Shown here piece after piece: positions 1 through 12,354 of a stretch of DNA of 64,000 bases. This DNA comes from Squalus acanthias (Eukaryota), in contig CM059432.1 in NCBI GenBank assembly GCA_030390025.1, forward strand, positions 17,238,001 through 17,302,000, given 5' to 3'. The translations under genes and the position numbers were made by a program. Positions within the stretch are counted from its first letter, which is position 1, and each line of letters starts with the position of its first letter. The notes under the pieces are model-generated. The model was not told where the DNA came from, searched no databases, and saw only the letters and a program-made list of their open reading frames with translations.

Positions 1-466
1 CAAGGCCTGCTTTTACCAGCATAAGAGTTTAAAAAAGCAAAAAAATTAAAAAATTCACTCAATTTTAAAAGATTTTTAAAAAAAGGTACATTTATTTTTA
101 GCCCCATAAAAACTATTTTTCTCAAAAAATTAAATGTGTTTAAAATATTTAATTTAATGTAATTTTAATTGTGATTTTAAAAAATGTATTTAATGTTTAA
201 CTGTTTTTTAATGTGATCCCCATTTTGACAGATCTATGCAGAGAGACCGGTCAAAAGTGTGCAGGGGGTTTCCCTTCTTTGATTGGTTTCCCATGACCTA
301 CGTGATCCTAGGGACGCTTGCGAACTGCCTGGGATACCTGGGCCTCTATGCGCTCTGACCAGGATCGGAAGTGTCGGGACCTACGGAGCCAGCAGGTAAG
401 TTTGTAGATTTTTCCCGATCGGAGGCATCCGCACGCAGAAAGCCTCCGATCGGAAAATCCGACCCT
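1..466. mobile_element. Non-autonomous DNA transposon (MITE-like), copy A, truncated by window start
   Basis: Reverse-complement homologous to 4476-5210. Ends in GGAAAATCCGACCC followed by TTA, with a subterminal hairpin (ccgatcggaggc...gcctccgatcgg). GGG-type termini with TWA flanks resemble PIF/Harbinger MITEs (inference). Confidence 0.6.
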
Positions 467-1280
467 TAAAAAGTATGCCATGGAGATAGCATCCAAGTAG
501 CACTACAGAAGGTGCCTGCATATCCACGTGGAACATGGTTAACAGGTGACGGCAACAAGCACTCCTCACCTGCACTCAAATACAGAAGATTATTGGTAAT
601 ACAAGTGATTCAAATGCAATATTTAATCCATTCACACAAGCTCTGAAAATAATTTCATTTGCAACTTGGAGAAAGTGGACATTTTCTGAACTAAGCCAAA
701 AAAGATTAGGGGAAACCTAAAAAAAATGCAACCATACCCTTAAGTAATGAGGGAACAGTAATCCTGACATGTGGCCTGTATGTCTCAATGGGTTAATTTA
801 AGTATATTTTGTTTGGGTGGGGGAGCAAAATGGCAAAAGAGATGAGATAAAATGAAGATATCTACAGACTGTACCAGTATAAATTACAAGCAAGTGAACC
901 AAGGAGACACACTGAAGGCCATTAAGGAGGTCAACAAGCTGGACTTTTGTCTCATTTCTTTTGGGGAGGGGAAGGAAAGAAGTTACAAAAGGTTAAAGTA
1001 ATTAATCCATTTGATTTCCATGGAATTTTAAAAACTTGTTGAAAAACATTAGAGTCCCGACTTACCTGCTGCAAAAAGGTCAATCCTTTGTTCTGTTTGT
1101 GACAGTGAGTACAGTAAAACTAATGTTAAAGACTAAGATAACCCATCTTCAGCAGCTATTTTTTTTTTTAAATCACAATAATGGAATGAAGACACCCAGA
1201 GCACAAGTGACAATGATACTTGATGTTATCAAAAATTCAGGGTGGAATCGTCATTTCACAAAGCAAACAAGATATATCGC

Positions 1281-2503
1281 AGGCCTGGAATTTCCTGGGC
1301 ATAACTACAGCGCAAGGACGGTGTTGCGCCTTTTCTTCCAAGCAAATTTACGTGTAACTGATTTACGCCGGTTGTATGGCGAAACATCGCTACGTGTGAA
1401 TTTCCTCGATTGTTTCAGATACATTTGCCAAAACCATCCGCCACTCATTTACATAACTCCACCCCCCTGCAAAAGACCAGCTCAAGGGAGTTTTCTGCAT
1501 TAAAAAGATTTCTCAATACTGTATATGAATAAATTATTTAAAAAATGATTACTATGTGTTACGTGCTGATGGAAGGTTTACCTCTAAAATCTTAAGGCAT
1601 GGCAGGACCCAAGTCACCTGATATTGGCATAACTGGAGGAGTCATTGCATTTCTCGGGTCTGAAGCTTTACAATTTTAAGGAGTCACTTTTATAACTATT
1701 GATACTTTTGTTCAAAAACAACATTTTTACTTCCTTCTATATAAATAAACTGTTATAGAAACTGCAGTGTCTGCCCTAGCGATTCAAATACCTTTTCATG
1801 TTCTCCTCCAGTGCACATCAACTTATCTAAGTCAACATTCAAACTGCAATACATAAATTGGAAGATCCAGAGCATTCTCCATAGACCTGTATTAGTGCAC
1901 CCGTGCAATTTCTAAAGATCGGTGGGCGTGACGCTTCATTTTATCACGTTTTGTAAATAACTAAAGCACAGCTGCAGAGTTGTAGAATTAGAATTGCTCA
2001 CTTCTTCGATATTGTGATTTGCTAAAACAGAGATTGACGCATTGGGTAGCATTGAGTTTGCAAGTATTTATCAAAATGAATAGGTACTGGACCAATTCAG
2101 CAACACAATTTATAATGGTGCTTGTATGAAACCACGTGAGCCAGTTGTAGCTACTATTCAGATCTGGGTTTCAAAAAAATTTGCATTTGGGCTTCCTGGC
2201 CAGGTGAAGAACAATGTTTAACTTATTCCCAAGTTTGATTATTTAAAAAAAAGTTAGCATACAGGTGTACAGTTTTGATCAACTTCATTAGGATAGGACT
2301 AAAATAACCATTAATTCAAGCCTCCGTCCAGCCATTTAGAATACAAGGTATTGCTGAATTTGCGCCCGTTGTACGCCAGTTTACGTTCTGGCGCAGACAA
2401 ACAAGCTCCGCAGGAAATTTGGACATAAATTACTGCAAGATTGGCACAGAAACCAGCGTAAATTTCAATGTCTAGACGGGCACAAGAACGAGGAAATTTG
2501 GGT
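1281..2503. mobile_element. Possible old non-autonomous DNA transposon
   Basis: CpG-rich ends with loosely inverted termini (ggcctggaatttcct... / ...aggaaatttggg) around an AT-rich core. Boundaries uncertain. Confidence 0.3.
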
Positions 2504-2925
2504 ATAGTGTAATTATGTATGTGACACACATGCGCCAGAGTTTCCGCTATCTTTTACGCTGGGTATTTGCTTTACGCACGATTACACGCACCTCTGGGCA
2601 TAACATGAGATTTCACCACAGTCTACTCCTGATGATTCGAAGTATATTGTTCTGCTTAAAATTGTGAATTATTTAATAAATTGAATTAAGTAATACAAGG
2701 TACATAGCAAAGTGGGAAATTAGTGCTTAAACAACTGAATTACCAGAGATTTCATTCAATTAAGCAACTTGAATGAAGAGTAGGCTTTTCATTCAAGACT
2801 ATTCTCTTGATACCAGATTGCCATTATTTGTATATGTACTATTCCAACTTTGAATTTTAATGTGAAGCCAGAATGTCTCAATTTATCCTCCTGCAGGTCA
2901 TGAGATATAACAAGGTCATGAGGGC

Positions 2926-3395
2926 CAACAACAACTTGCATTTATATAGTGCCTTTAATGTAGGAAAACATCCCAAGACTCTTCACAGGCATGTTAACAA
3001 AAATTGACACTGAGCCAATATTGGGACAGGTGACCAAAAGCTTGGTGAAAGAAATAGGTTTAAGGAAAGTCTTAAAAAGGAGAACAAGCTAGAAAGGGAG
3101 GAGAGGTTTATGGTTTGGGGGGAGTGGGGGGTGAATTCCAGAGCTTAGAGCCTAGGCAGCCAGCTGCCAATGGTGGAGCGATTAAAAATCAGGGATGCGC
3201 AAGAGGCCGGAATGGGATGCACGCAGAGATCATGGAACGTTGTAGGGCTGGAGGAGGTTACAGAGATCAGGAGGGGTGAGGCCATGGAGGGATTTGAAAA
3301 CAAGGATGAGAATTTTAAGAGGCGTTGCCACACCGGGAGCCAATGGTCAGCGAGCACTGGGGTGATAGGTGAACGGGACTTGGTGCGAGTGAGAG
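2926..3395 (-). mobile_element. L2 LINE 3' fragment
   Basis: Starts with aacaacaacttgcatttatatag, the reverse complement of the L2 tail at 32640-32665. Body matches the 3' parts of the L2 copies at 31700-32665 and 35435-37580. Confidence 0.75.
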
Positions 3396-4786
3396 TACCT
3401 TCACCTCAGACTGCAGTGGTTTAAAAGGGCAGCTCACTAGCACAGTCTCAAGGACAATAAATGCTGGCCTTGCCAGCGATGCTCACATCCCATGAATGAT
3501 TAAAGAAAAGTTGCTTGCCCTGTTCTCAGGTTCCAGATGCCCTGTAGAGGATGTCCCACTGACAGTAACTTGTCGTGCAAAATCTGATCGAAAGTCTATG
3601 GGCAAGCGCAAGTCTAACGAACAGTGGGCGCCGTTCATTTGCCGCTCACAGAAAAGTCTGGCCCATTAGGTTCCAAAAAATTGACAATGCACCAAGTGTC
3701 AATCAACTCATTAGAAAATGAATCTCATGCCTTCACAACTAATTCCATATACATAAACTTCCATTCTCATTCAGCAACTTCTAATTCCATCTTATGCACT
3801 TTTTATTTCCTTGTTGCAACAAGAGTGCAGTTAAATCTATGAGAAGGTGGTGTCCTGCTGCATTTTAAACTTAACTCTGTCTTCACATGTCTTAAGACAA
3901 GTTGTTAGTTTGGGGTGGGGGGGGGGGGGGCAGCGGGGGACTGTGTCTGCTAGTTTTCTAGGTTGGCAGGTACACTCTTTAATAACAGTCATCTAGTCTT
4001 ATACAATGAACTTCACACACTAATATTTTGGTTACTAAGTAGAAGGACATAGGCTAGTTTAAATTTAAATAGGGTATGTGGTAATTTCTAATTTTGAGAG
4101 AAAATCTATACATAACCATTCAGCCAAGACTTCCATTTACAAGCATTGTCAAAACTGCACTAAACATCAGGAAACTGCATAAAACTTTAAACCATATTTC
4201 AGTAGGCATGAGGGACTCATGGGAGAAATTCAAAGAGCAAAGTAGTACAGAAGTGTCATAGTAAAATTACAGCACATTTGGTAGCTTTATTTTCTTTATG
4301 CTTGCATAATATCTAAATTGAGCTGTAGTTTTGTTGATCTTGAACAGTACAAAACCTTTTTCAACAGTTACAACTGGAAAACATTAAGGCCTAATTTACC
4401 CATGTGACTGTACCATTGCATGTGAAAATCTGACTGTGGGCCAAGCAATCCACAAGCTTACTTCAGCAGTTCTACGAACGTACCTGCTGGCTCCGTAGGT
4501 CCAGAGGCTTGTGATCCTGGGCCTCTCCACTACGATATGCGCAGAGGCCCAGGTATCCCAGGGGCGCAGGCAGTTCGCAAGCGTACCTGGGATCACGTGG
4601 GCCACGGGGAACCAATCAAAGAAGGGAATCCCCCTTCACACTTTTGACAGGTCTGTACGCACAGATCTGTCAAAAGTATGAATGGGGATCACTTAAACAT
4701 AAAATAATTTTTTTTAAATTGACATTAAATTAAATATTTTAAACAAAAATGTAAGTTTTTTTTTTTACAGGGCTAAAAATAAACAC

Positions 4787-5120
4787 ATGGCAGCTGTCGA
4801 TCATTCTGCCATTGCCATTTACACTTCATCTAGAGTCATCTTTTGTTTCTTCACTTGTCCCATTATCATCTCCTTTTGCCCTGCACCATCATCCCTTTTT
4901 TGTCTCTTAATCTCTCCTGCCTTCCAGCCTATCACAGACCTTCCCTTTTGTTCTTTCCTCCCCTCCCCCTTTCCCTGCCCTGACACTTGCTTAAAAACCT
5001 GTTCCATCTCCAACTTTCTCCAGTTCTGACGAAGGGTCATCGACCTGAAACGTTAACTCTGTTTCTCTTTCCACAGATGCTGCCTGACCTGCTGAGTATT
5101 TCCAGCATTTCCTGCTTTTA
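4787..5120 (+). mobile_element. Penelope-like element 3' (pLTR) fragment
   Basis: Matches the 3' non-coding part of the Penelope-like element at 13568-13860, including the hammerhead motif and the gatgctgcctgacctgctgagtatttccagc tail. Confidence 0.8.
5022..5058 (+). ncRNA. Minimal hammerhead ribozyme motif (family A)
   Basis: AGTT-CTGACGA-(ag)GGTC atc GACC(t)-GAAA-CGT-T-AACT: both core boxes, stem II, palindromic ACGU stem III and stem I AGUU/AACU. Confidence 0.7.
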
Positions 5121-5584
5121 ATTACCTTTTTTAAAGTATTTCTAAATTATAAATCAGTGAAATTTTTTAAGTTTTTAATTTTTTAAAACGCTTATGCTGG
5201 TAAAAGCAGGCATAATATGTTTAAAGGTTTTCAGCAGGTGGAAGTTGTGCAGAAAGAGCAACTCCCTGCTCGCGGAGGCCCATCTCCCGGGCATGCGTGC
5301 GATTTGTCAAGAGGATTCTTGACAGATCGCAAGTGCCAGGTTTCAGCGAATGCGCTTTGCATGCCTAAACCAGGCACTTGCGCAGCCCCTATGGGTGCAT
5401 ACATACCTCGTATGCACCTGTGGGGGGTCAGAAAATCCAGCCCACTGTCTTTCAGATTAACTAAGGTGTCCGAGTGTTCAACTGGAGATCCAGTGGCACT
5501 TTCCCCCCCCCCCCCAAAGTGAAGCAGAAAGTTTTTTCCAATGTTCACAACCAATGCCAAAGTAGATTAACTTACTTAGGTCTG

Positions 5585-5720
5585 TGCGACCTTGCAAATT
5601 GGCTGTCACATTTATGTACCAAAACACAAGTGACTACACTTCAAAAAGCAATTCATTTGCTCATTGGTCGTGCTTTGGAACAGCTTGAGGATGTGAAAGG
5701 TGCCATATAAATACATGCCC
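5585..5720 (+). mobile_element. Deu-domain SINE 3' fragment
   Basis: Similar to 49985-50110 (aaattggctg...gtgactacacttcaaaa...gctttgg...aaggtgccatataaat). Confidence 0.55.
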
Positions 5721-5883
5721 AAGTCTTCATTTTAGTCTATTCTCAAAGTATTCAAATTACCCATGTACTTCAAAATCTGCAGCATACAGTGGAAATGTTT
5801 GCATTGCCGAGTATTAGTTCACAACTGTGTGTTTGGAGTGTACGGTGTGAAATTGAACCCAATGTTTTGCGCTATTTTTTGTT

Positions 5884-8765
5884 AGAAACATAGAAAAATA
5901 GGAGCAGGAGTAGGCCATTCGGCCCTTCGAGCCTGCTCTGCTATTCAATATGATCATGGCTAATCCTCTATCTCAATACCATATTCCCGCTCTCTCTCCA
6001 TACCCCTTGACGCCTTTTGCGTCTAGAAATCTATCTATCTCCTTCTTAAATATATTCAGTGACTTGGCCTCCACAGCCTTCTGTGGTAGAGAATTCTACA
6101 GGTTCACCACCCTCAGTGAAGAAATTTCTCATCAGTCCTAAATGTCATACCCTGTATCCTGAGACTGTGACCCCTCATTCTAGACCCCCAGCCAGGGGAA
6201 ACATCCTCCCTGCAGCCAGTCTGTCTAGCCCTGTCAGAATTTTATACCTTTCAATGTAATCCCCTCTCATTCTTCTAAACTCAAGGTGAATACAGGCCTA
6301 GTCGACCCAATCTCTCCTCATATGACAGTCCTGCCATCCCAGGAATCAGTCTGGTGAACCTTCGCTGCATTCCCTCTATGGCAAGTATATCCTTTCTTAG
6401 GTAAGGAGACCAAAACTGCAAATAGTATTCCAGGTGTGGTCTCACCAAGGCCCTGTATAACTGTAGTAAGACATCCTTGCTCTTGTACTCAAATCCTCTA
6501 GCAATGAAGGCCAACATACCATTTGCCTTCCTAACTGCTTGCTGCACCTGCATGTCTGCTTTCAGTGACTGGTATACAAGGATACCCAGGTCCCTTTGTA
6601 CATCAACATTTCCCAATCTATCACCATTTAAATAATACTCTGCCTTTCTGTTTTTCCTACCAAAGTGGCTAACTTCACATTTATCCACGTTATACTGCAT
6701 CTGCCCACTCACTCAACTTGTCTAAATCGCCTTGAAGCCTCTTTGCATCCTCCTCACAACTCCACCTAGTTTTGTACAGTCAGCAAACTTGGAAATATTA
6801 CATTTGGTTCCCTCATCCAAATCATTGATATATATTGTGAATAGCTGTGGCTCAAGCACTAATCACCGCCTGCCACCCCGAAAAAGACCCATTTATTCCT
6901 ACTCTGTTTCCTGTCTGTTAACCAATTTTCAATCCATGCCAGTATATTACCCCCAATCCCATGTGCTTTAATTTTGCACACTAATGTCTTATGTGGGACT
7001 TTATCAAAGGCCTTCTGAAAATCCAAATACACATCCACTGGTTCTCCCTTATCTATTCTACCAGTTACATCCTCAAAAAACTCCAGTAGGTTTGTCAAAC
7101 ATGATTTCCCTTTCATAAATCCATATTGACTTTGTCTAATCCCGTTGATATTTTCTAAGTATCCTTTATAATAGACTCTAGCATTTTCCCTGCTACTGAT
7201 GTTAGGCTAACCGGTCTGTAGTTCCCTGTTTTCTCTCTCCCTCTTTTTTTTTTTAAATAGTGGGGTTACATTTGCCACCCTCCAATCTGCAGGAACTGTT
7301 CCATAATCTATAGAATTTTGGAAGATGACAACCAATGCATCCACTATTTCCATGGCTACCTCTTTTAGTACTCTGGGATGCAGATCATCAGGCCCTTGGA
7401 ATTTATCAGCTTTCAGTCCCATTAATTTCTCCAGCACTATTTTTTTACTAATACTAATTTCCTTTAATTCCTCCTCCTCACTAGACCCGTGGTTCCTTAA
7501 CATTTCTGGGAAGTTATTTGTGTCCTCTACCGTGAAGACAAAACCAAAGTATCTGTTTAATTGCTCGGCCATTTCCTTGTTCCCCATTATAAATTCTCCC
7601 ATTTCTGATTGTAGGGACCTACATTTGTCTTCACTAATCTTTTTCTTTTTACATACTTGTAGAAGCTTTTACAGTCAGCTTTTATGTTCCTTGCAAGTTT
7701 ACTCTCACTCTATTTTTCCCCTCTTAAATCAATCTCTTGGTCCTTTTTTGCTGACTTCTAAACTGCTCCCAGTCCTCAGGCTTGCTACTTTTTCTGGCAA
7801 CTTTATATGACTCCTCTTTGGATCTAATACTATCCTTAATTTCTTTTGTTAGCTTTTCCTTTTGTGTTTTTGCGCCAGAAAGGAATGTATAACTGTTGCA
7901 ATTCATGCATTCGTTCCTTAAATGTTAGCCATTGCCTATCCACTGTCTTGCCTTTTAATGAAGCTCCCCAATCTATCATAGCCAACTCCCTCCTCATACC
8001 TTCGTAGTTTCCTTTGTTTAGATTTAGGACCCTAGTTTTGGATTGGACTTCTTCATTTTCCATCTTAATGAAGAATTCTAACATGTTATGGTCACTCTTC
8101 CCTAAAGGACCCTGCACAACAAGATTATTAATTAACCCCTTCTCATTGCACAATACCCAATCTAGGATAGCCTGTTCTAGTTGGCTCCTCAATGTACTGG
8201 TCTAAAAAACCATCCCATACACACTCCAGGAATTCATCCTCCACAGTATTACTGCTAATTTGGTTTGGCCAGTCTATATGTAGATTAAAGTCACCCATGA
8301 TTACTATAGTACCCTTGTTACATGCATCTCTAATTTCCTGTTTGATACCATCCCCTATATTACCACTACTGTTTGGAGGCCTATATACAACTCCCACCAA
8401 TGTTTTCTGCCCCTTGGTGCTTCTTAGCTCCACCCAGACGGATTCTACATCTTGATTTTCTGAGCCAATATCCTCTCTCACTATTGCTCTGATTTCATCC
8501 TTTACTAACAACGCCACCCCACCTCCTTTTCTTTTTTGCCTGTCCTGCCTAAATATCGAATATCCTTGGATACTCAGCTCCCAGCCTTGGTCACCCTGCA
8601 GCCATGTCTCCATAATTGCAATTATATCGTATCCGTTTTTATCTATTTGTGCTGTTAATTCGTCTACCTTATTACGAATGCTTCGTGCATTCAGATACAG
8701 TGCCTTTAGATTTGTCTTTAACATTTTTAGACATCTTAACTTTTTTTTGTACTATGGCCCTATTT
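5884..8765 (-). mobile_element. CR1 LINE, nearly complete ORF2 (AP endonuclease + RT), frameshifted
   Basis: Minus-strand ORF pieces LYLNARSIRNK, GVVYRPP, MGDFN, GPDDLHPRVLKE, KSCLTNLLEFFE, YLDFQKAFDKVPH, LYRALVRPHLEY. 3' tail ttctatgtttcta at about 5884-5895. Confidence 0.95.
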
Positions 8766-10544
8766 GTCTTACCATTTTTTCTTACCTGGACCCTATTGGT
8801 CAGTGCACTCTTTTGTTCATGAGTTTGTACAATGTGACTATACTTTGGGATTAGATTCAGTGTAGTCCTTTTTTTTTTAAATAAACCTCTAGGCTGTAAA
8901 CATATGGGCCTTTTGCAATAAGAAATACTGCAAAACAAACTCAGCACAACGTTTTAAAACCCAAGTAGATTCTAAGACAGGTATGGTCAGTACTAATTAG
9001 TATTTTTTTTGCCCTGCCACCTTCAAAGATTTGTGAATATGCACCCCAGGTCTCTCTGCTCTTGCACCCCTCTTGTACTCCCTACACCCAAGTCCAGGCC
9101 CTAATACCAACCCCTGGGTGACCCCACTGCATACTTCTCTCCGGTCGGAAAAACATTGTTCACCACTACTCTCTGCCTCCTAAAATATAGCCAATTACTA
9201 AACCCTTTTAGAGCAAGGATGACACTTGAATGCGAATGTAAATGTATGCTTCATGTGTAGATATAATCCACCAATCTAAGATTTGCTGAAATCTGAATTT
9301 CAGTGCCAGTCACACTGATTCTTAGCCATGGGGAAAGCAATTCTAAATGAATATTTCATCTCATTGGTGCCAATGCTGCATGAAAAATGCTTGTTCTGTT
9401 AAGTGTTTTTGCACATATGAAAGTGTTTATTTGTAAAGAAATTAGCTTTTTCTTCTGAAAACCATAACAGGAGGTGGTTTAAAGATTTGAATCTGATAAG
9501 ACCAGTGTTCCAATAATAAAGGATGTGGATCTAAACTCCTCCGACAACTGCTTGGGAATTCTTTTATTAAAAGGAAAACAACAGGAAACATTTCCTCTGA
9601 ATTGCTTCCTACCATTTTTCTCATGTGAAAGAGGTTGGATTTATGGAATTCCCAAAGCGTGTGAATGAATCAAACTGAAAACTTCCACCTTGATAGAATG
9701 CATCATCTTTTTTGTATTTTGTGATTAATTTTTTTTTTTAAATGAAACTGATCACAAATCATTGTGTGGTGTAGGGAAATGTGTTTCCACTCGTGAGAAA
9801 TATCTAATCTGAATTTAGGAAGAGCATCCATTACAATGTTACTGATACCTTAAATACTTCAACTCATTTCCTCTGCGGATATTTAGTGTTTTAAGTCTAG
9901 AAGTGGCTCCATTAGTTGCTGTGGGAGTAGGTGCTTTGGACTTGTTTGAAGGCAGAGTAGTCAGCAATACAATTTTATTTTCTAGCTTGGGCATCTCTGG
10001 ATTAGGTTCCAATATGAGGTGCAGCAGGACTTCCATAAATATGGAAAGATGTACTATGGGTGTGAGTGGGATCCAATAGGGGAAGAGTCAAGGCGTAAAG
10101 ACCTATAAAAAGGGAAAAGATAGCACATTCATTACATGTGGAGGAAGGGAGAGGAAAAAAAGGACAGAAAGCACTTTTGTTTGTCTCTAATCTCAGTAAG
10201 ATTCCTGAATTGTGACAAAATTCAGGTCAGTTCTCAATCAAGGATCATCAAGCTTACTTTACTTAAAATTCTTAACCAATAGCATCAGTACTTGTCTAGA
10301 CTGGATTGACACTATGCAAATTGCCAGAGTATTAGTGCCTACAAAACCAACTAGTTTGTTTCGGGTGTACATTTTCTAATGTAATTTGTTCAAATTCTTC
10401 AATTTCATGCTCCTAGTAAAATACCTGATCAGAAAAGCTCATTTTCTACCAGTACCAGGGCTTAACTACTAAATTAAGCTTTGACCATTATTTAGCCTAA
10501 ATAATTATTTGTAAGTCCAGGAATGCATTTCAGTACAGGGTTAC

Positions 10545-10770
10545 ATACTTTGGAATTCTCTTCCCCAGAGAGCTGTGGAGGCTGGGTCATTGAATATATT
10601 TAAGGTGGAGATAGACAGATTTTTGAATGATACGGGAGTCAAGGGTTATGGGAAGTGGGCAGGAAAGTAGAGTTGAGGCCAAGATCAGATCAGCCATGAT
10701 TTTATTGAATGGCGGAGCAGGCTCGAGGGGCCAAATGACCTACTCCTGCTCCTACGTCTTATGTTCTTAT
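10545..10770 (+). mobile_element. CR1 3' end fragment
   Basis: tggaattctcttccccagagagctgtggaggc...gatcagccatgat...gaatggcggagcaggctcga...tactcctgctcct...ttatgttctta, as in the other CR1 3' ends here. Confidence 0.85.
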
Positions 10771-11394
10771 AAAATGATCCAAGACAATTTCACATTGCGT
10801 GTTAGTCAAGGAACTATTAACATGTAAAAGTTTTAGTTTGCTATCGACAAACAATAGTTGCTCTCCAGAGGTACTCACTGCATGAACATGGCTGCCACAC
10901 TGTATCTAACAGTCAAATTGTTGTATAGTGAAAACAAAATTCAACATTTAAAAGATATTGACTTGCATATTATTATTACACACTGGTGACAATTTGCTGA
11001 CTGATCTGTGTATATCCAACATCAAACACAATATTGATCAAGTGCTATTTGTTTGGTTTTTAAACTGTTGCAATTGGTCTTTGCTTCAGTCCTCGGCAAC
11101 CACAGAGCAAGCTATCACTTTACTCTTATAGCCCATGTCTGGGGCAGGTGGAAGGCTCAGACCGGGGTCCCCGATGAATGAACAGCCAGGTCAAGAATTA
11201 TTGAAATGTTCATTTTAAAAAAAAATATAGCCAAAGCAATCAAGGTATGCCAAACAATTATAGAAATTTTGCTTGGCTTCATCTTATTCCGATCTTCTCA
11301 GGTACTTGTCCCTTGCTGCAAAGTCTCTGAAAACACAGGTCTTTATGACCTTTAGTAGCAGATTACAGTTTTCAAAAAAGCACTTGCAGCATTT

Positions 11395-12210
11395 ACATAG
11401 AATATACAGCACAGGGGGAAAAAAAGCCATGCGGCCCAACTAGTCTGTGCTGGTGTTTATACACTACACGAGTCCCCTCCATTTCATCTGCCTCGGTATA
11501 TCTTCTTTTCCCTTTTCTCTCTGTACTCAGCTAGTTTCCTTTTGAAAGCATCCAAGCTATTTGCCTCAACCAGTTCCTGTGCTAGTGAGTTCCACATTCT
11601 AACCGCTCTCTGAGTAAAGACATTTCTCAATTGGATTTATTAGTAACCATCTTGTATTTATGGCCCCCAGTTTTGAAGTCTCCAACAAGTGGAAGCATTC
11701 TCTTCGCATCTACCCTGTCCAATCCATTCATAATTTTAAAGACCTCTACCAGGTCACCTCTAAGCCTTCTCTTTTCTAAAATAAAAAGCCCCAAACAGTT
11801 CATTCTTTCCAGACAGTTCTGGCACCATCCTTCTAAATATTTTTTGCACTCTCCAGTGCTTCATTGTCCTTTTTAGTATGGACACCAGAACTTTGCATAG
11901 TACTCCCAAGTGCAACCTGACCAGGGTCCTTTACAAGTTTAACATAACTTCACTATTTTTGAATTCTGTACCCCTAGAAATAAATCCCAGTGCTTTGTTA
12001 GCATTTTTAATGGCTTTGCTGACCTGTGATGCTGCTTTTAATGATTTGTTCACCTGTATCCCTAGATCCCTTTGCTCTTCTTCCCCATTCATTTTCCAAG
12101 GTGTAGGTGATGTTTCTATTTTGTCCTACCAAAGTGCACCTCATTTACCAATGTTAAAGTTCATTTGTCACTTAACTGCCCAGTCTGCAAGTTTTCTAAT
12201 GTCTTCTTGG
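11395..12210 (-). mobile_element. Degraded CR1 3' region
   Basis: Starts with an acatagaa tail. Reverse complement gives decayed CR1 RT C-terminal motifs (cf. 5884-6700). Confidence 0.7.
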
Positions 12211-12354
12211 CCTAGTGGTCCAACGGAGAAATAATTTGCTTTCAGAATGATGGAAAACCTACTTTTCTTTCAAGTCATTGTTTACTACCATCCTAAGACT
12301 CATGGAGACTTCCTTGCTGAGATGTCTCCCTGGAGTCTATACACCAATTGGCAA

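Larger units (their letters stand above)
4476..5443. mobile_element. MITE-like element, copy B, inverted relative to copy A and interrupted by a Penelope fragment
   Basis: Homologous to 1-405 in reverse orientation. Terminus gaaaatccagccc at about 5431-5443. Internal hairpins (cttttgacagg...tctgtcaaaag; ggtgcatac...gtatgcacc). Confidence 0.6.

Noticed and set aside
1036..1503. 155-aa plus-strand ORF
   Set aside because: Non-ATG start, no recognisable domain, runs through a poly-T tract and into a probable repeat.
7325..8455. Plus-strand ORFs of 60-160 aa
   Set aside because: Antisense shadows of CR1 ORF2, as are similar ORFs over other LINE copies.
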